A DNA stretch of 64,000 nt from Halanaerobiales bacterium (GTDB lineage: Bacteria; Bacillota; Halanaerobiia; Halanaerobiales; M55B127). The position numbers and the translations under genes are program-made. The stretch lies in the NCBI GenBank assembly GCA_034521955.1, contig JAXHLT010000005.1, positions 71,663 to 135,662 of the forward strand, given 5' to 3'. The notes under the pieces are model-generated. The model saw nothing but the letters and a program-made list of their open reading frames with translations. It made no database searches and was not told the origin of the DNA. Below, piece after piece: positions 9,025-24,711 of this stretch. Positions within the stretch are counted from its first letter, which is position 1, and the number at the start of each line of letters is the position of its first letter.

Positions 9025-10434
9025 TTAAAGATCATCTAAATTAATATCATATTTATTCATCCTATACTGTAGACTTTGCCTTTTAATGCCAAGATATTTT
9101 GCGGTAGCAGTAATATTTTTGGCATTCTTTTTAAGTGCTTCAATTATATATTCCTTTTCTAACTTTTCCATTTTTTCCGGCAATGTCTTTTTATCATCTA
9201 TTTTTTGTTCTTTTTGATTAGATCTTATATCGATCAAAAAGGGTTTAACATGTTCTTTTTTAATATAATTACCATCACTTATTATATTAATTGCCCCTTC
9301 AATAACATGTTCAAGCTGTCTTACATTACCAGGCCAACTGTAATTATAGAATATTTCTTTAACTTCATCACTTAATCCCATAATTCTTTTATTGAACTTT
9401 TTATTGATTCTATCAATAAAATAGTTGGCTAAAAGTAATATATCATCCTGTCTTTCGGATAATAAAGGTAACTGTAGTAAAACAACTGCAAGTCTGTAAT
9501 ATAGATCTTCTCTTAAATTACCCTCTCTTATAGATTCCACAGGAGACTTATTACTGGTAGCAATAATTCTAACATCTACTTTAATATCATCTTTGCCTCC
9601 TACAGGTCGAACTAATCCTTCTTGTAATACTCTAAGTAGCTTTGCCTGTAGTGCTTTTGACATTGAATTTATTTCATCTAATAGTAAAGTCCCACCATTT
9701 GCTTGTTCAAATAGACCTTTTCTGTTTATAGCTCCTGTAAAACCTCCTTTTCTGGTACCAAATAAAATACCTTCTAGAAGATTTTCAGGTAAAGCTGCAC
9801 AGTTTTGAGCTATAAAGGGTTTATTTTGTCTTCTACTACCACTATGTATACCTTGTGCAAAAAGCTCTTTACCTGTACCTGTATCTCCAACAATTAAAAT
9901 TGAAGAATCTGTTCTTGCAGCCTGTCTAGCATAGCTTATAACCTGTTTTAACTTTTTGTTATCACCCTTGATATCATTAAAAGTAAAGTATCTATTTTGT
10001 TCATCATCTAAATTATCATCTGTATATAACTTTTCTTGAAGTGAAACAATCTTATTATATAACTTTTTGGTTTCAGTAATATCCCTTGCAATCTCTAACG
10101 CCCAGACACTACCGTTTTCCAAAAAAATTGGTATTGTACTATTTATAGTAATTATCTTTTGTCCGTATTTATTAAGATATTCCTGTTGATTATTCTTTAT
10201 TTCCTTTTTGTTTTTCAATGTTAACATTAAGGTACTGTTATTTTCATTTAGAGAAGGAAAAACATCTGTAATTTTTTTACCTAATACAATATCTTTATCC
10301 ATGCTTTCTAATTCTGACATCTTTTTATTATATATAATAGTTTTACCTACTTCATTTACAACATGAATCCCTTCATTGATATTATCTAATATTTTATCTA
10401 TGTTATTATATATTAACTGATCTCTGCTTTTCAA
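9025..10434 (-). CDS. rocR: sigma-54-dependent transcriptional activator with PAS sensor (RocR-like)
   Basis: 469-aa ORF. It has an N-terminal PAS-like region and an AAA+ sigma-54 interaction domain (Walker A GDTGTGKE, GAFTGA-type loop GGFTGA, Walker B LLLDEI). The C-terminus carries a Fis-type HTH. Confidence 0.85.
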   Translation of the reverse strand: MKSRDQLIYNNIDKILDNINEGIHVVNEVGKTIIYNKKMSELESMDKDIVLGKKITDVFPSLNENNSTLMLTLKNKKEIKNNQQEYLNKYGQKIITINSTIPIFLENGSVWALEIARDITETKKLYNKIVSLQEKLYTDDNLDDEQNRYFTFNDIKGDNKKLKQVISYARQAARTDSSILIVGDTGTGKELFAQGIHSGSRRQNKPFIAQNCAALPENLLEGILFGTRKGGFTGAINRKGLFEQANGGTLLLDEINSMSKALQAKLLRVLQEGLVRPVGGKDDIKVDVRIIATSNKSPVESIREGNLREDLYYRLAVVLLQLPLLSERQDDILLLANYFIDRINKKFNKRIMGLSDEVKEIFYNYSWPGNVRQLEHVIEGAINIISDGNYIKKEHVKPFLIDIRSNQKEQKIDDKKTLPEKMEKLEKEYIIEALKKNAKNITATAKYLGIKRQSLQYRMNKYDINLDDL

Positions 10435-10491
10435 TTAAAATAACCCTCCTTCTCTAAATATACTATTTCTCTATTAAAAATGTAATTCCTC

Positions 10492-10528
10492 CAAAAATAA
10501 ATAAGGGAAGGTGAAAATTCACCTTCCC
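10492..10528 (-). terminator. rho-independent terminator after the parvulin gene
   Basis: Perfect hairpin GGGAAGGTG-aatttt-CACCTTCCC followed on the minus strand by TTATTTATTTTT. Confidence 0.65.
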
Positions 10529-10560
10529 ATTAATTAATAATATTCTTTTTTTAACTTAAT

Positions 10561-11571
10561 TTATAGTTTCTTTTCTATTTGAGCTTCATCTCTAAGTTCT
10601 CTTACAAATTGCTCCCAAATACTTTGACCTTTTTGGTTTTTAAGTTGTTGTTTTATTTGTTCTTTTACTTCATCATAGCTTCTTGTTCCAGCTTCTTTTT
10701 TATCAGAAGCTTTAATAATATGGAAACCATATTGAGTTTCTACTACATCACTTATACTGCCAACTTCTAATTTAAATAAAGCATCTTTAAATCCTTGAGC
10801 AATATTTTGATCTTTACTTACATAACCTAATGATCCACCATCTTCAGCAGAAGGACCTGTTGAATACTCTTTTGCTAATTCAGCAAAATCAGCACCATTT
10901 TCTAATTCAGTTAATACCTCTTGGGCTGTTTCTTCATCTTTTAGAAGAATATGACTAGCTTCAACTTGTTCTTGTACTTCAAACTGAGATGTATTTTCAT
11001 CATAATAAGTTTTCATTTCTTCTTCAGTTACTTCAGCTTCACTTATAACAGTTTCTTGAAGTTTATTAATAATTAATCTATCTTTATTTATATCAAAAAA
11101 TCTTTGTTTATATGCGTCAATTGATTCAATACCTTGTTGTTGTAGAGTTTGTTCTAACTGTTCATCATTTAAATTGTTTTGTTGTTTTATACCTTCAAGT
11201 TGTTTATTGAATATTTCAGTTTGTTCTTCTTCAGATAGTTCAATACCTCTTTTATTAGCTTCTTGAGCCAATAATTTTTCAGTAATTAACTGATCTAATT
11301 TCACTTTTTGAAACTCTTCAATTACATTTTGACCAGCTTCAGTTTGTAATAATACCTGTGTAAATTCAGGATTAGATCTATATAATGACATAATTAAGTT
11401 TTGTGTTCCAGAATATTGGTCAAGCTCTTGCATTGTAATATCTTCTCCATTTACAACAGCAGCTACTTTGGGTTGATCTGACTCTGTTGTTTCACCTTCT
11501 TGTGCAGCTACTGGAAATGCTACTAGTAAAGTTAATATCATAACTATTGATAATACTCTTTTTAATTGCAT
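10561..11571 (-). CDS. secreted peptidyl-prolyl isomerase, SurA/PrsA-like (single parvulin domain)
   Basis: 336-aa ORF with an SPase-I-type signal peptide (…AFPVAAQEG, no lipobox Cys). It has a SurA-N-like helical region and a parvulin core (ASHILL…GFHIIK). Confidence 0.8.
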   Translation of the reverse strand: MQLKRVLSIVMILTLLVAFPVAAQEGETTESDQPKVAAVVNGEDITMQELDQYSGTQNLIMSLYRSNPEFTQVLLQTEAGQNVIEEFQKVKLDQLITEKLLAQEANKRGIELSEEEQTEIFNKQLEGIKQQNNLNDEQLEQTLQQQGIESIDAYKQRFFDINKDRLIINKLQETVISEAEVTEEEMKTYYDENTSQFEVQEQVEASHILLKDEETAQEVLTELENGADFAELAKEYSTGPSAEDGGSLGYVSKDQNIAQGFKDALFKLEVGSISDVVETQYGFHIIKASDKKEAGTRSYDEVKEQIKQQLKNQKGQSIWEQFVRELRDEAQIEKKL

Positions 11572-11646
11572 AAAATTAATTCACTCTCCTCATGAGTTTT
11601 TGTTTCACTATATTTTGAATACATTTTTACCGTAAAGTCAAAAAAA

Positions 11647-11722
11647 TGGCTCCCCGAGTAGGACTTGAACCTACGACAAGATGATTAACAGTCACCTGCT
11701 CTACCAACTGAGCTATCGGGGA
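11647..11722 (-). tRNA. tRNA-Asn (GTT)
   Basis: The minus-strand sequence folds as a cloverleaf. The acceptor stem is TCCCCGA/TCGGGGA, the anticodon loop is CTGTTAA, the T-loop is GGTTCAAGTCC, and CCA is encoded. Confidence 0.92.
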
Positions 11723-11748
11723 ATCTTTATACGGCTTTCATTTTTTAT

Positions 11749-11777
11749 ATTATAACAATTATAAGGCATTTTGTCCA
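11749..11777 (-). promoter_or_regulatory. candidate sigma-A promoter for tRNA-Asn
   Basis: The minus strand reads TGGACA-17 nt-TATAAT, about 25 nt upstream of the tRNA 5' end. Confidence 0.5.
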
Positions 11778-11885
11778 GCCCTATAAAAGTTAACAATATT
11801 AATGAAAGTATATATTAAACTTTAAAAATGTACCCCCTATAAGTAAAAAACTACCTTAATTTTAGGTAGTATAGTCAAAAAAGGA

Positions 11886-12002
11886 TCCGGCAGTGACCTA
11901 CTCTCCCACAGGGTTACCCTTGCAGTACCATAGGCGCAGGAGGACTTAACTTCTGTGTTCGAGATGGGAACAGGTGTGACCCCTCCGCAATTACCACCGG
12001 AA
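11886..12002 (-). rRNA. rrf: 5S ribosomal RNA
   Basis: GC-rich segment of about 117 nt downstream of 23S. The minus strand starts TCCGGTGGTAATTGCGGAGGGG… and ends …GGGAGAGTAGGTCACTGCCGGA, which is typical of 5S. Confidence 0.9.
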
Positions 12003-12057
12003 AGTTTATTAAATTTTTAAGAATGTTCTCTCAAAAATGTATACAGGAATTAATGGA

Positions 12058-15128
<3,071 letters not shown>

Positions 15129-15160
15129 CCTTCCTGTATACAGTTTTCAAAGAACATTTT

Positions 15161-15236
15161 TGGTGGAGGTAAGGGGATTCGAACCCCTGACCTCCTGCTT
15201 GCAAGGCAGGCGCTCTCCCAACTGAGCTATACCCCC
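15161..15236 (-). tRNA. tRNA-Ala (TGC)
   Basis: Located in the 16S-23S spacer. The cloverleaf has a G3:U70 pair, anticodon loop CTTGCAA and an encoded CCA. Confidence 0.95.
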
Positions 15237-15249
15237 ATAAATATAAAAA

Positions 15250-15326
<77 letters not shown>

Positions 15327-15394
15327 TCCCTCTTTTTAAAAGGTTCTTTACGAACCCTCAAAAGTGAACAGCAGATTCCTACGACAGTCTCTCT

Positions 15395-16949
<1,555 letters not shown>

Positions 16950-17115
16950 TAATGAAAAGTTATCCTCTAGCTTGCGCTAGCTATAACTAAAATTTGTTTC
17001 TTGAAACTTCAAAAAAACTGTCAGGGTCTGCTGTTCACTTTTCAAGGTTCTAAAACTTTATTCACATAAAAAATCGGCTGCCAAATCACGTTTCTTTAAC
17101 AGCGCGACCTTTACT

Positions 17116-17144
17116 ATAGTAACATTGAGAGGCTTGATTGTCAA
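17116..17144 (-). promoter_or_regulatory. candidate rRNA operon promoter
   Basis: The minus strand reads TTGACA-17 nt-TACTAT, about 170 nt upstream of the 16S 5' end. Confidence 0.55.
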
Positions 17145-17254
17145 GGACTAATATTAAAAATAATAAATTATTTCGATATAAAAGTAGAACTTCCCGAATT
17201 TTATAGTACTTAAACCCGGAAATTTATCTTTTAATTATCTATTTTGTGTGTCTA

Positions 17255-19765
17255 TTAATTTGTTTCTTCTGGCTTTTTATCTTTATTAATTTCATTTTTG
17301 TTTTTATTCTCATCTTCAACATCGTCTTCATCATCATCTTCTTCTAGATTTAACTTTGCTAAAGATACAACATAATCATCTTCACTTACATCTATTACTT
17401 TTACTCCCATTGTATTACGTCCGGTCTGTGAAATTTCTTTTACCTTAGTTCTTATTATAATACCTTCTGCTGTTATTATAATTATTTCATCTTCTTCATT
17501 TACAACTTTTGTAGCTGCAACTGGACCGTTCTTTTCAGTAATATTGAGAGTAATAATTCCTTTACCATATCTTTTTTGAACTCTATAATCTTCAATAACA
17601 GTTCTTTTACCATAACCGTTTTTACTTATTACTAAAAGATCAGAGCCTTCAGAGTCAATACCCATTCCAATTAGATAATCATCATCTGCTAAATCAATAC
17701 CTTTTACACCCTGTGCAGCTCTACCAACTGATCTTATATCTTTTTCATTAAATCTAATTGCTTTTCCAAGGTGTGTTATTAATATTAAGTTTTCTTCCTT
17801 TTTAGTATTTTTTACTTCAATTAGTTCATCATTTTCCATTAATTTAATACCGATAATTCCTGTATAGTTACTGTCATATTCAACTAAAGGAGTCTTTTTA
17901 ACCATTCCATTTTTGGTGACCATAGTTAAGAAATGACTATCCTCGAAATCAGATATTGGAATTACTGAACTAACTTTTTCATCTGATTCTAAATTCAGCA
18001 AGTTAACAATTGCTGTTCCTCTGGACTGTCTACTTGCTTGTGGAATCTGATATCCTTTTAGTCTATACACTAACCCCTTATTTGTAAAAAACAAGAAGTA
18101 ATTATGTGTTGAAGTAATAAATACATTATCTACAAAATCTTCTTCCCTAGTAGTAGTACCTATTATACCTTTTCCACCTCTTCTCTGGCTTCTATAAGTA
18201 TCAACAGGCATTCTTTTAATATAGCCCTGACTAGTCATAGTGATTACTACTTGTTCTTCTTCTATTAAATCCTCTAAATCAAGGTCAGTAGTTTGATTTA
18301 ATATTTTTGTTCTTCTTTCATCACCATATTTATCTTTAATTTCTAAGATTTCTTCTTTTATGATATCTAATAATTTTTGTTCATCACCAAGTATTTCTTT
18401 ATAATATATAATCTTTTCTTTAAGATCCTGATATTCTGATTCGATTTTTTCTCTCTCTAGTCCTGTTAAACGCTGTAATCTCATCCTTAATATCGCATTT
18501 GCTTGTTTTTCAGATAAATCAAAACGATTCATCAGCTGTGTTCTTGCCGTATCTACATCAGGTGCTTGTTTAATTAGTTCAATTACTTTATCAATATCAT
18601 CTAAGGCAATCATATATCCTTCAAGTATATGAGCTCTATTTTCAGCCTTATCTAATTCATATTGAGTTCTTTTTGTAATAACTTCCTTTTGGAAATCTAG
18701 ATAATGATCAATTATTTCCCTTAAATTTAATACTTTAGGTTCACCATCAACGATTGATAACATTATAATACTAAATGTAACCTGTAGTTGAGAATGCTTA
18801 TATAATTGATTTAGGACTATTTTAGGATTAAAACCTCTTTTGATTTTAATAACAACCCTAAGTCCTCTTCTGTCAGATTCATCTCTAATATCACTTATTC
18901 CATCAATTTTTTCATTTCTAACCATATCTGCAATTTTTCCAATTAATCTAGCTTTATTTACTTTGTATGGTAATTCTTCAACTATTATTCTATCAGATCT
19001 ATTTTCGTTTTCTTCAATTCTTGCTTTTGCTCTTACAGTAATTTTACCTCTACCTGTTTTATATGCCTTATATATAGCACCTTTACCCATAATTAGTCCA
19101 CCTGTTGGGAAATCAGGGCCTTTGATAACTTCCATTAATTCGGCTAATTCAATATCGGGATTATCAATTATTCTAATTATTCCATCAATAAGTTCATTTA
19201 GATTATGAGGTGGAATACTTGTAGACATTCCAACCGCAATACCTGAACTACCATTTGCCAACAAGTTAGGAAACCTGGATGGTAGTACTTCTGGTTCATT
19301 TAGACTATCATCAAAGTTTGGTATAAAATTAACTGTATCTTTATTTAAATCTCTTAATAGTTCAGTAGTTATCTTTTCCATTCTAGCTTCAGTGTAACGC
19401 ATAGCTGCAGCTGAATCACCATCAACTGAACCAAAGTTACCATGGCCATCTATTAAAGGATATCTATATGAAAAGTCCTGGGCCATTCTTACCATAGTAT
19501 CATAAACTGCTGTATCTCCATGTGGATGGTATTTACCCAATACTTCTCCAACAATACGAGCAGATTTTTTATGAGACTTATTTGGAGTCATTCCTAAATC
19601 ATGTAAAGCATAAAGTATACGCCTATGTACAGGCTTTAGTCCATCTCTTACATCTGGTAGTGCTCTACTAACTATAACACTCATTGCATAATCTAAAAAT
19701 GCATCTTTCATTTGATCATCTATATCAACCTGAACAACATTTTTATTTTCAAATTCATCAACCAA
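17255..19765 (-). CDS. gyrA: DNA gyrase subunit A
   Basis: 836-aa ORF with the active-site region [10 protein letters not shown] and the QRDR-like segment [17 protein letters not shown]. It also has C-terminal beta-pinwheel repeats and an acidic tail. Confidence 0.97.
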   Translation of the reverse strand: MVDEFENKNVVQVDIDDQMKDAFLDYAMSVIVSRALPDVRDGLKPVHRRILYALHDLGMTPNKSHKKSARIVGEVLGKYHPHGDTAVYDTMVRMAQDFSYRYPLIDGHGNFGSVDGDSAAAMRYTEARMEKITTELLRDLNKDTVNFIPNFDDSLNEPEVLPSRFPNLLANGSSGIAVGMSTSIPPHNLNELIDGIIRIIDNPDIELAELMEVIKGPDFPTGGLIMGKGAIYKAYKTGRGKITVRAKARIEENENRSDRIIVEELPYKVNKARLIGKIADMVRNEKIDGISDIRDESDRRGLRVVIKIKRGFNPKIVLNQLYKHSQLQVTFSIIMLSIVDGEPKVLNLREIIDHYLDFQKEVITKRTQYELDKAENRAHILEGYMIALDDIDKVIELIKQAPDVDTARTQLMNRFDLSEKQANAILRMRLQRLTGLEREKIESEYQDLKEKIIYYKEILGDEQKLLDIIKEEILEIKDKYGDERRTKILNQTTDLDLEDLIEEEQVVITMTSQGYIKRMPVDTYRSQRRGGKGIIGTTTREEDFVDNVFITSTHNYFLFFTNKGLVYRLKGYQIPQASRQSRGTAIVNLLNLESDEKVSSVIPISDFEDSHFLTMVTKNGMVKKTPLVEYDSNYTGIIGIKLMENDELIEVKNTKKEENLILITHLGKAIRFNEKDIRSVGRAAQGVKGIDLADDDYLIGMGIDSEGSDLLVISKNGYGKRTVIEDYRVQKRYGKGIITLNITEKNGPVAATKVVNEEDEIIIITAEGIIIRTKVKEISQTGRNTMGVKVIDVSEDDYVVSLAKLNLEEDDDEDDVEDENKNKNEINKDKKPEETN

Positions 19766-19784
19766 TTTTTACACCTTCCTTTAA

Positions 19785-21728
<1,944 letters not shown>

Positions 21729-21731
21729 CTA

Positions 21732-21983
21732 CTAAATAATCTCTTCCATTCTTTTTTTAAGAGTTGTTGAAGATATTATAGATAAATAAATTTTTTCTCC
21801 AGTTAAAATATAAGATCTGGCTTCATCTTCAAAATTATTAATAATAAAGCCTTCCTCTCTAATTATGTCAAAAAATTCTTGAGTAATCTTAGAGTCTTTA
21901 GTTGACTCCATATCTCCAATAAATACTACATCTTCTTTTTTTATCATATGACCTTTGCCAATATGTAAAAACATAAAACTCAC
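21732..21983 (-). CDS. DUF370 protein (RemB/YaaB-like)
   Basis: 83-aa ORF in the conserved recF-gyrB slot of Firmicutes. The true start may be the internal MFLHIG. Confidence 0.65.
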   Translation of the reverse strand: MSFMFLHIGKGHMIKKEDVVFIGDMESTKDSKITQEFFDIIREEGFIINNFEDEARSYILTGEKIYLSIISSTTLKKRMEEII

Positions 21984-23107
21984 CTGCCCTTAATCTCTGC
22001 AATAAATCCATCTTTTACATTGAAAATTTTACTTGAATTTTTATAAGTTAAGTTATCAATATCATCTAAATCAGTTGTTGTTATTAAGGTCTGTATTTTA
22101 TCATTGATAATAGATAATAAGGTGTTTTTTCTTTTTTTATCCAGTTCAGAAAAAACATCATCTAAAAGTAAAACAGGATATTCTCCACTTTCAGACTTCA
22201 TAAACTCTAATTCTGCAAGTTTTAATCCCAAAGCAACTGTTCTTTGTTGTCCCTGTGATCCAAACTTTCTGACATTCATATCATTAATTTTTAAGATTAA
22301 GTCATCTCTATGAGGTCCTGATAAAGTATATCCTCTTTCAAATTCATCATTTCTATCATCTTTTAATTTATTTAAAAACACATTTTTTATACTTTGTAAA
22401 CTATAATCATTATTAATATTTAAAGTACAATCATACTTAATAGTTAAGTTTTCATTACCATTTGTTAACTTTCTTTGTGCAAGTCTGGCTAAAATCTTTA
22501 ACTTTTTTAATACTTTAAGTCTTTTGAATAAAATTTTAGAACCCTTTTCTGCTAACTTTTCATCCCATACTTCTAATAAATTTATATCTTTATTTTTTTG
22601 ATAATACATTTTTTTCAATAAATTATTCCTTTGTCGTATTATATGATCATATTCTTTTAATAGATGATAATAATAGGGATTTACCTGTGATATTTCAAGA
22701 TCTAAAAATTTTCTCCTATTATTTGGTCCACCTTTAATAATCTTTAAATCCTCCGGAGAAAAAAGTATCACATTTAAATTGCCAACTAAATCAGATATCT
22801 TCTCCAGAGGATTATTATTTATTTTTATTGATTTATTTCTACCTTCAATTTCATAAGAAATTGTTAAATCATAATCTTTTTTAATCAATTTTAACTGGAC
22901 TAAAGCTTTATCTTTATTCCAATTGATTAATTCACTATCTCTATTAGTACGATGTGATTCTGTGGTTGCCATCAAATATACAGATTCTAATAGATTTGTT
23001 TTACCTTGACCATTATCACCTATAAAAATATTTAAGTTAGGATTTAAATTTAAGTATGTTTTATCAATATTTCTATAATTTTTTAATAGTATCTTTTTTA
23101 TATACAT
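21980..23107 (-). CDS. recF: DNA replication and repair protein RecF
   Basis: 375-aa ORF with Walker A GDNGQGKTNLLES, an SMC-type signature (FGSQGQQRT) and Walker B LLLDDVFSELD. Confidence 0.95.
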   Translation of the reverse strand: MYIKKILLKNYRNIDKTYLNLNPNLNIFIGDNGQGKTNLLESVYLMATTESHRTNRDSELINWNKDKALVQLKLIKKDYDLTISYEIEGRNKSIKINNNPLEKISDLVGNLNVILFSPEDLKIIKGGPNNRRKFLDLEISQVNPYYYHLLKEYDHIIRQRNNLLKKMYYQKNKDINLLEVWDEKLAEKGSKILFKRLKVLKKLKILARLAQRKLTNGNENLTIKYDCTLNINNDYSLQSIKNVFLNKLKDDRNDEFERGYTLSGPHRDDLILKINDMNVRKFGSQGQQRTVALGLKLAELEFMKSESGEYPVLLLDDVFSELDKKRKNTLLSIINDKIQTLITTTDLDDIDNLTYKNSSKIFNVKDGFIAEIKGR

Positions 23108-23111
23108 AACT

Positions 23112-23327
23112 TTATCCGCTCACTTTTAAAGTTTCCTCCAGACCATCTACATTAATTAAATCTCCATCTTTTAATTTAGTTCCTCTTCTTTTTTCAATCT
23201 TATTATTTACCCTTACCATTCCAGATTGAATTAACTCTTTTGCTTCTCCACCGGTAGTAACAAGATTTGCCCATTTTAAAAATTGATCTAATTTAATAGT
23301 TTCTGTATTTATATTAATTTTTTTCAT
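23112..23327 (-). CDS. yaaA: S4-domain RNA-binding protein YaaA
   Basis: S4-like KLDQFLKWANLVTTGGEAKELI in the conserved dnaN-recF slot. I prefer the ATG at 23327 (AAGGAGAG RBS, 4 nt after the dnaN stop) over the ORF-track start at 23351. Confidence 0.8.
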   Translation of the reverse strand: MKKININTETIKLDQFLKWANLVTTGGEAKELIQSGMVRVNNKIEKRRGTKLKDGDLINVDGLEETLKVSG

Positions 23328-23331
23328 AAAT

Positions 23332-24459
23332 TTACTCTCCTTGGTTTTCATTACCAGGTCTAATTGGCATTATTAAGTATATATAATCATCATTATTTTC
23401 TTTTTTAACAACTAATGGATTTAAAGATCCTATTAAATCTAATTTAACTTTTTCATCATCAATTACTTTTAACACATCTAATAAATATGAAGCATCAACA
23501 CTAATTTTATGGTTTTCACCTTCTAATTGGATAGGAACTTCTTCATGTGCACTTCCAGAATCTGAATCTTCTGATTCAATAATTATTTTATTATCTTGTG
23601 TTTTTAAGCTGACAATATTAGAATCAAGTTTAGCAATTAAAGAAGCTCTTTTTACAGCTGAGTTAAGATAATCTTTATTGATAACTACTGTAGAATTTTT
23701 TTCATCAGGTATAACCTGTTCAAAGTTAGGAAACTTACCTTCAATTAATCTCGATACTACAATTATATCATTAAACTCAAAACTAGCATAATTTTCATTA
23801 ACCTTCATTTTTACTGTACCTTCTTCATTTAACAAGTTACTAATTTCCTTAATTGTAGAACCAGGTAGTATTATATTAATTTTTTCATCTATATCATTAT
23901 TATTATCAATTTTACTGTATGCTAGACGATATTTATTTGTTGATACCATTTTTATACTTTTATCTTCAATTACCATTAATGCACCTGTTAATACAGGTTT
24001 TGTTTGATCATTTGATGTGGAAAATTCTACTTCTGTTATTATCTTTTTTAATTTTGTAGCTGGAATTTCTAAATTAGTTGGAATATTAACATCTGGTAGT
24101 TGTGGATATTCTTCTGGATTAAAACCATTAATTTCAAATTTTGAGTTTAGACAAGTAATTTTTGCTTTGTAATTATCTAGATTTACTTCAAAAAGAATAT
24201 CTTCATCAGGTAGTTCACGAATAATATTTTTTAGATGATTTGAAGGTAAAACAATTCTACCTTCACTTTCAACTTCGGCTGGTACCCAGTTTTCAATTCC
24301 AATTTCTAAATCAGTTCCCATTAAATGAATACCTTTTTCTTTTGATGCTTCAATAAGTATACCTTTTAAAATAGGCATTGTATTACTTGAAGCACAGGCT
24401 CTTGTTGTAATGTTTAGGCCTTGATAAAAGTCTTTCTTTGTAATTGTAAAATTCATCAT
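23332..24459 (-). CDS. dnaN: DNA polymerase III beta sliding clamp
   Basis: 375-aa ORF with three-domain clamp length, positioned directly after dnaA and the oriC spacer. Confidence 0.95.
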   Translation of the reverse strand: MMNFTITKKDFYQGLNITTRACASSNTMPILKGILIEASKEKGIHLMGTDLEIGIENWVPAEVESEGRIVLPSNHLKNIIRELPDEDILFEVNLDNYKAKITCLNSKFEINGFNPEEYPQLPDVNIPTNLEIPATKLKKIITEVEFSTSNDQTKPVLTGALMVIEDKSIKMVSTNKYRLAYSKIDNNNDIDEKINIILPGSTIKEISNLLNEEGTVKMKVNENYASFEFNDIIVVSRLIEGKFPNFEQVIPDEKNSTVVINKDYLNSAVKRASLIAKLDSNIVSLKTQDNKIIIESEDSDSGSAHEEVPIQLEGENHKISVDASYLLDVLKVIDDEKVKLDLIGSLNPLVVKKENNDDYIYLIMPIRPGNENQGE

Positions 24460-24711
24460 GTAACCTCCTATGTATGTAGATAGTTATTCACAAAAAAAAT
24501 AAATAATTATTATATATTTTATTTATTTAAACTAGTAGTAGTAGTAGTAGGGAGTGTGAATTTGTGTAAAAGTAGCTTTAGTACTGTATTGTTAATAGTT
24601 TAGGTATGTAGATAACATGTACATAAAAAGGTAGCAGTTATACACATACCAACATATTAAATTAGTTAACAATTAATCCACAGGATATCAACTTATTTAT
24701 TAACAGCGTAA
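24460..24711. other. oriC, dnaA-dnaN part (unwinding module: DnaA boxes, GC cluster, DnaA-trios, AT-rich DUE)
   Basis: One-mismatch DnaA boxes lie at 24607-24615 (TGTaGATAA), 24638-24646 (TTATaCACA) and 24674-24682 (TaATCCACA). Degenerate tandem boxes lie at 24555-24572, a (TAG)6 array at 24533-24550 and an almost pure A/T tract at 24488-24531. Confidence 0.85.
24533..24550 (-). repeat. DnaA-trio array, six perfect repeats
   Basis: In the dnaA-to-dnaN direction the sequence reads CTCC-(CTA)6 and then the A/T-rich tract. This matches the box/GC-cluster/trio/DUE order described for the Bacillus subtilis origin. Confidence 0.75.

Noticed and set aside
11844-11870. Weak hairpin ACTACCT-aaaatta-AGGTAGT plus a T-run (minus strand) between 5S rRNA and tRNA-Asn.
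   Set aside because: The 7-bp AT-rich stem makes it at best a marginal terminator. It is left out of the feature list, although it fits with tRNA-Asn having its own promoter.
17200-17226. NBS-like half motif AAACCCGGAAATTT between the rRNA promoter and gyrA.
   Set aside because: It is not palindromic and lacks one G of the CCCGGG core, so it is too weak to call a Noc site.
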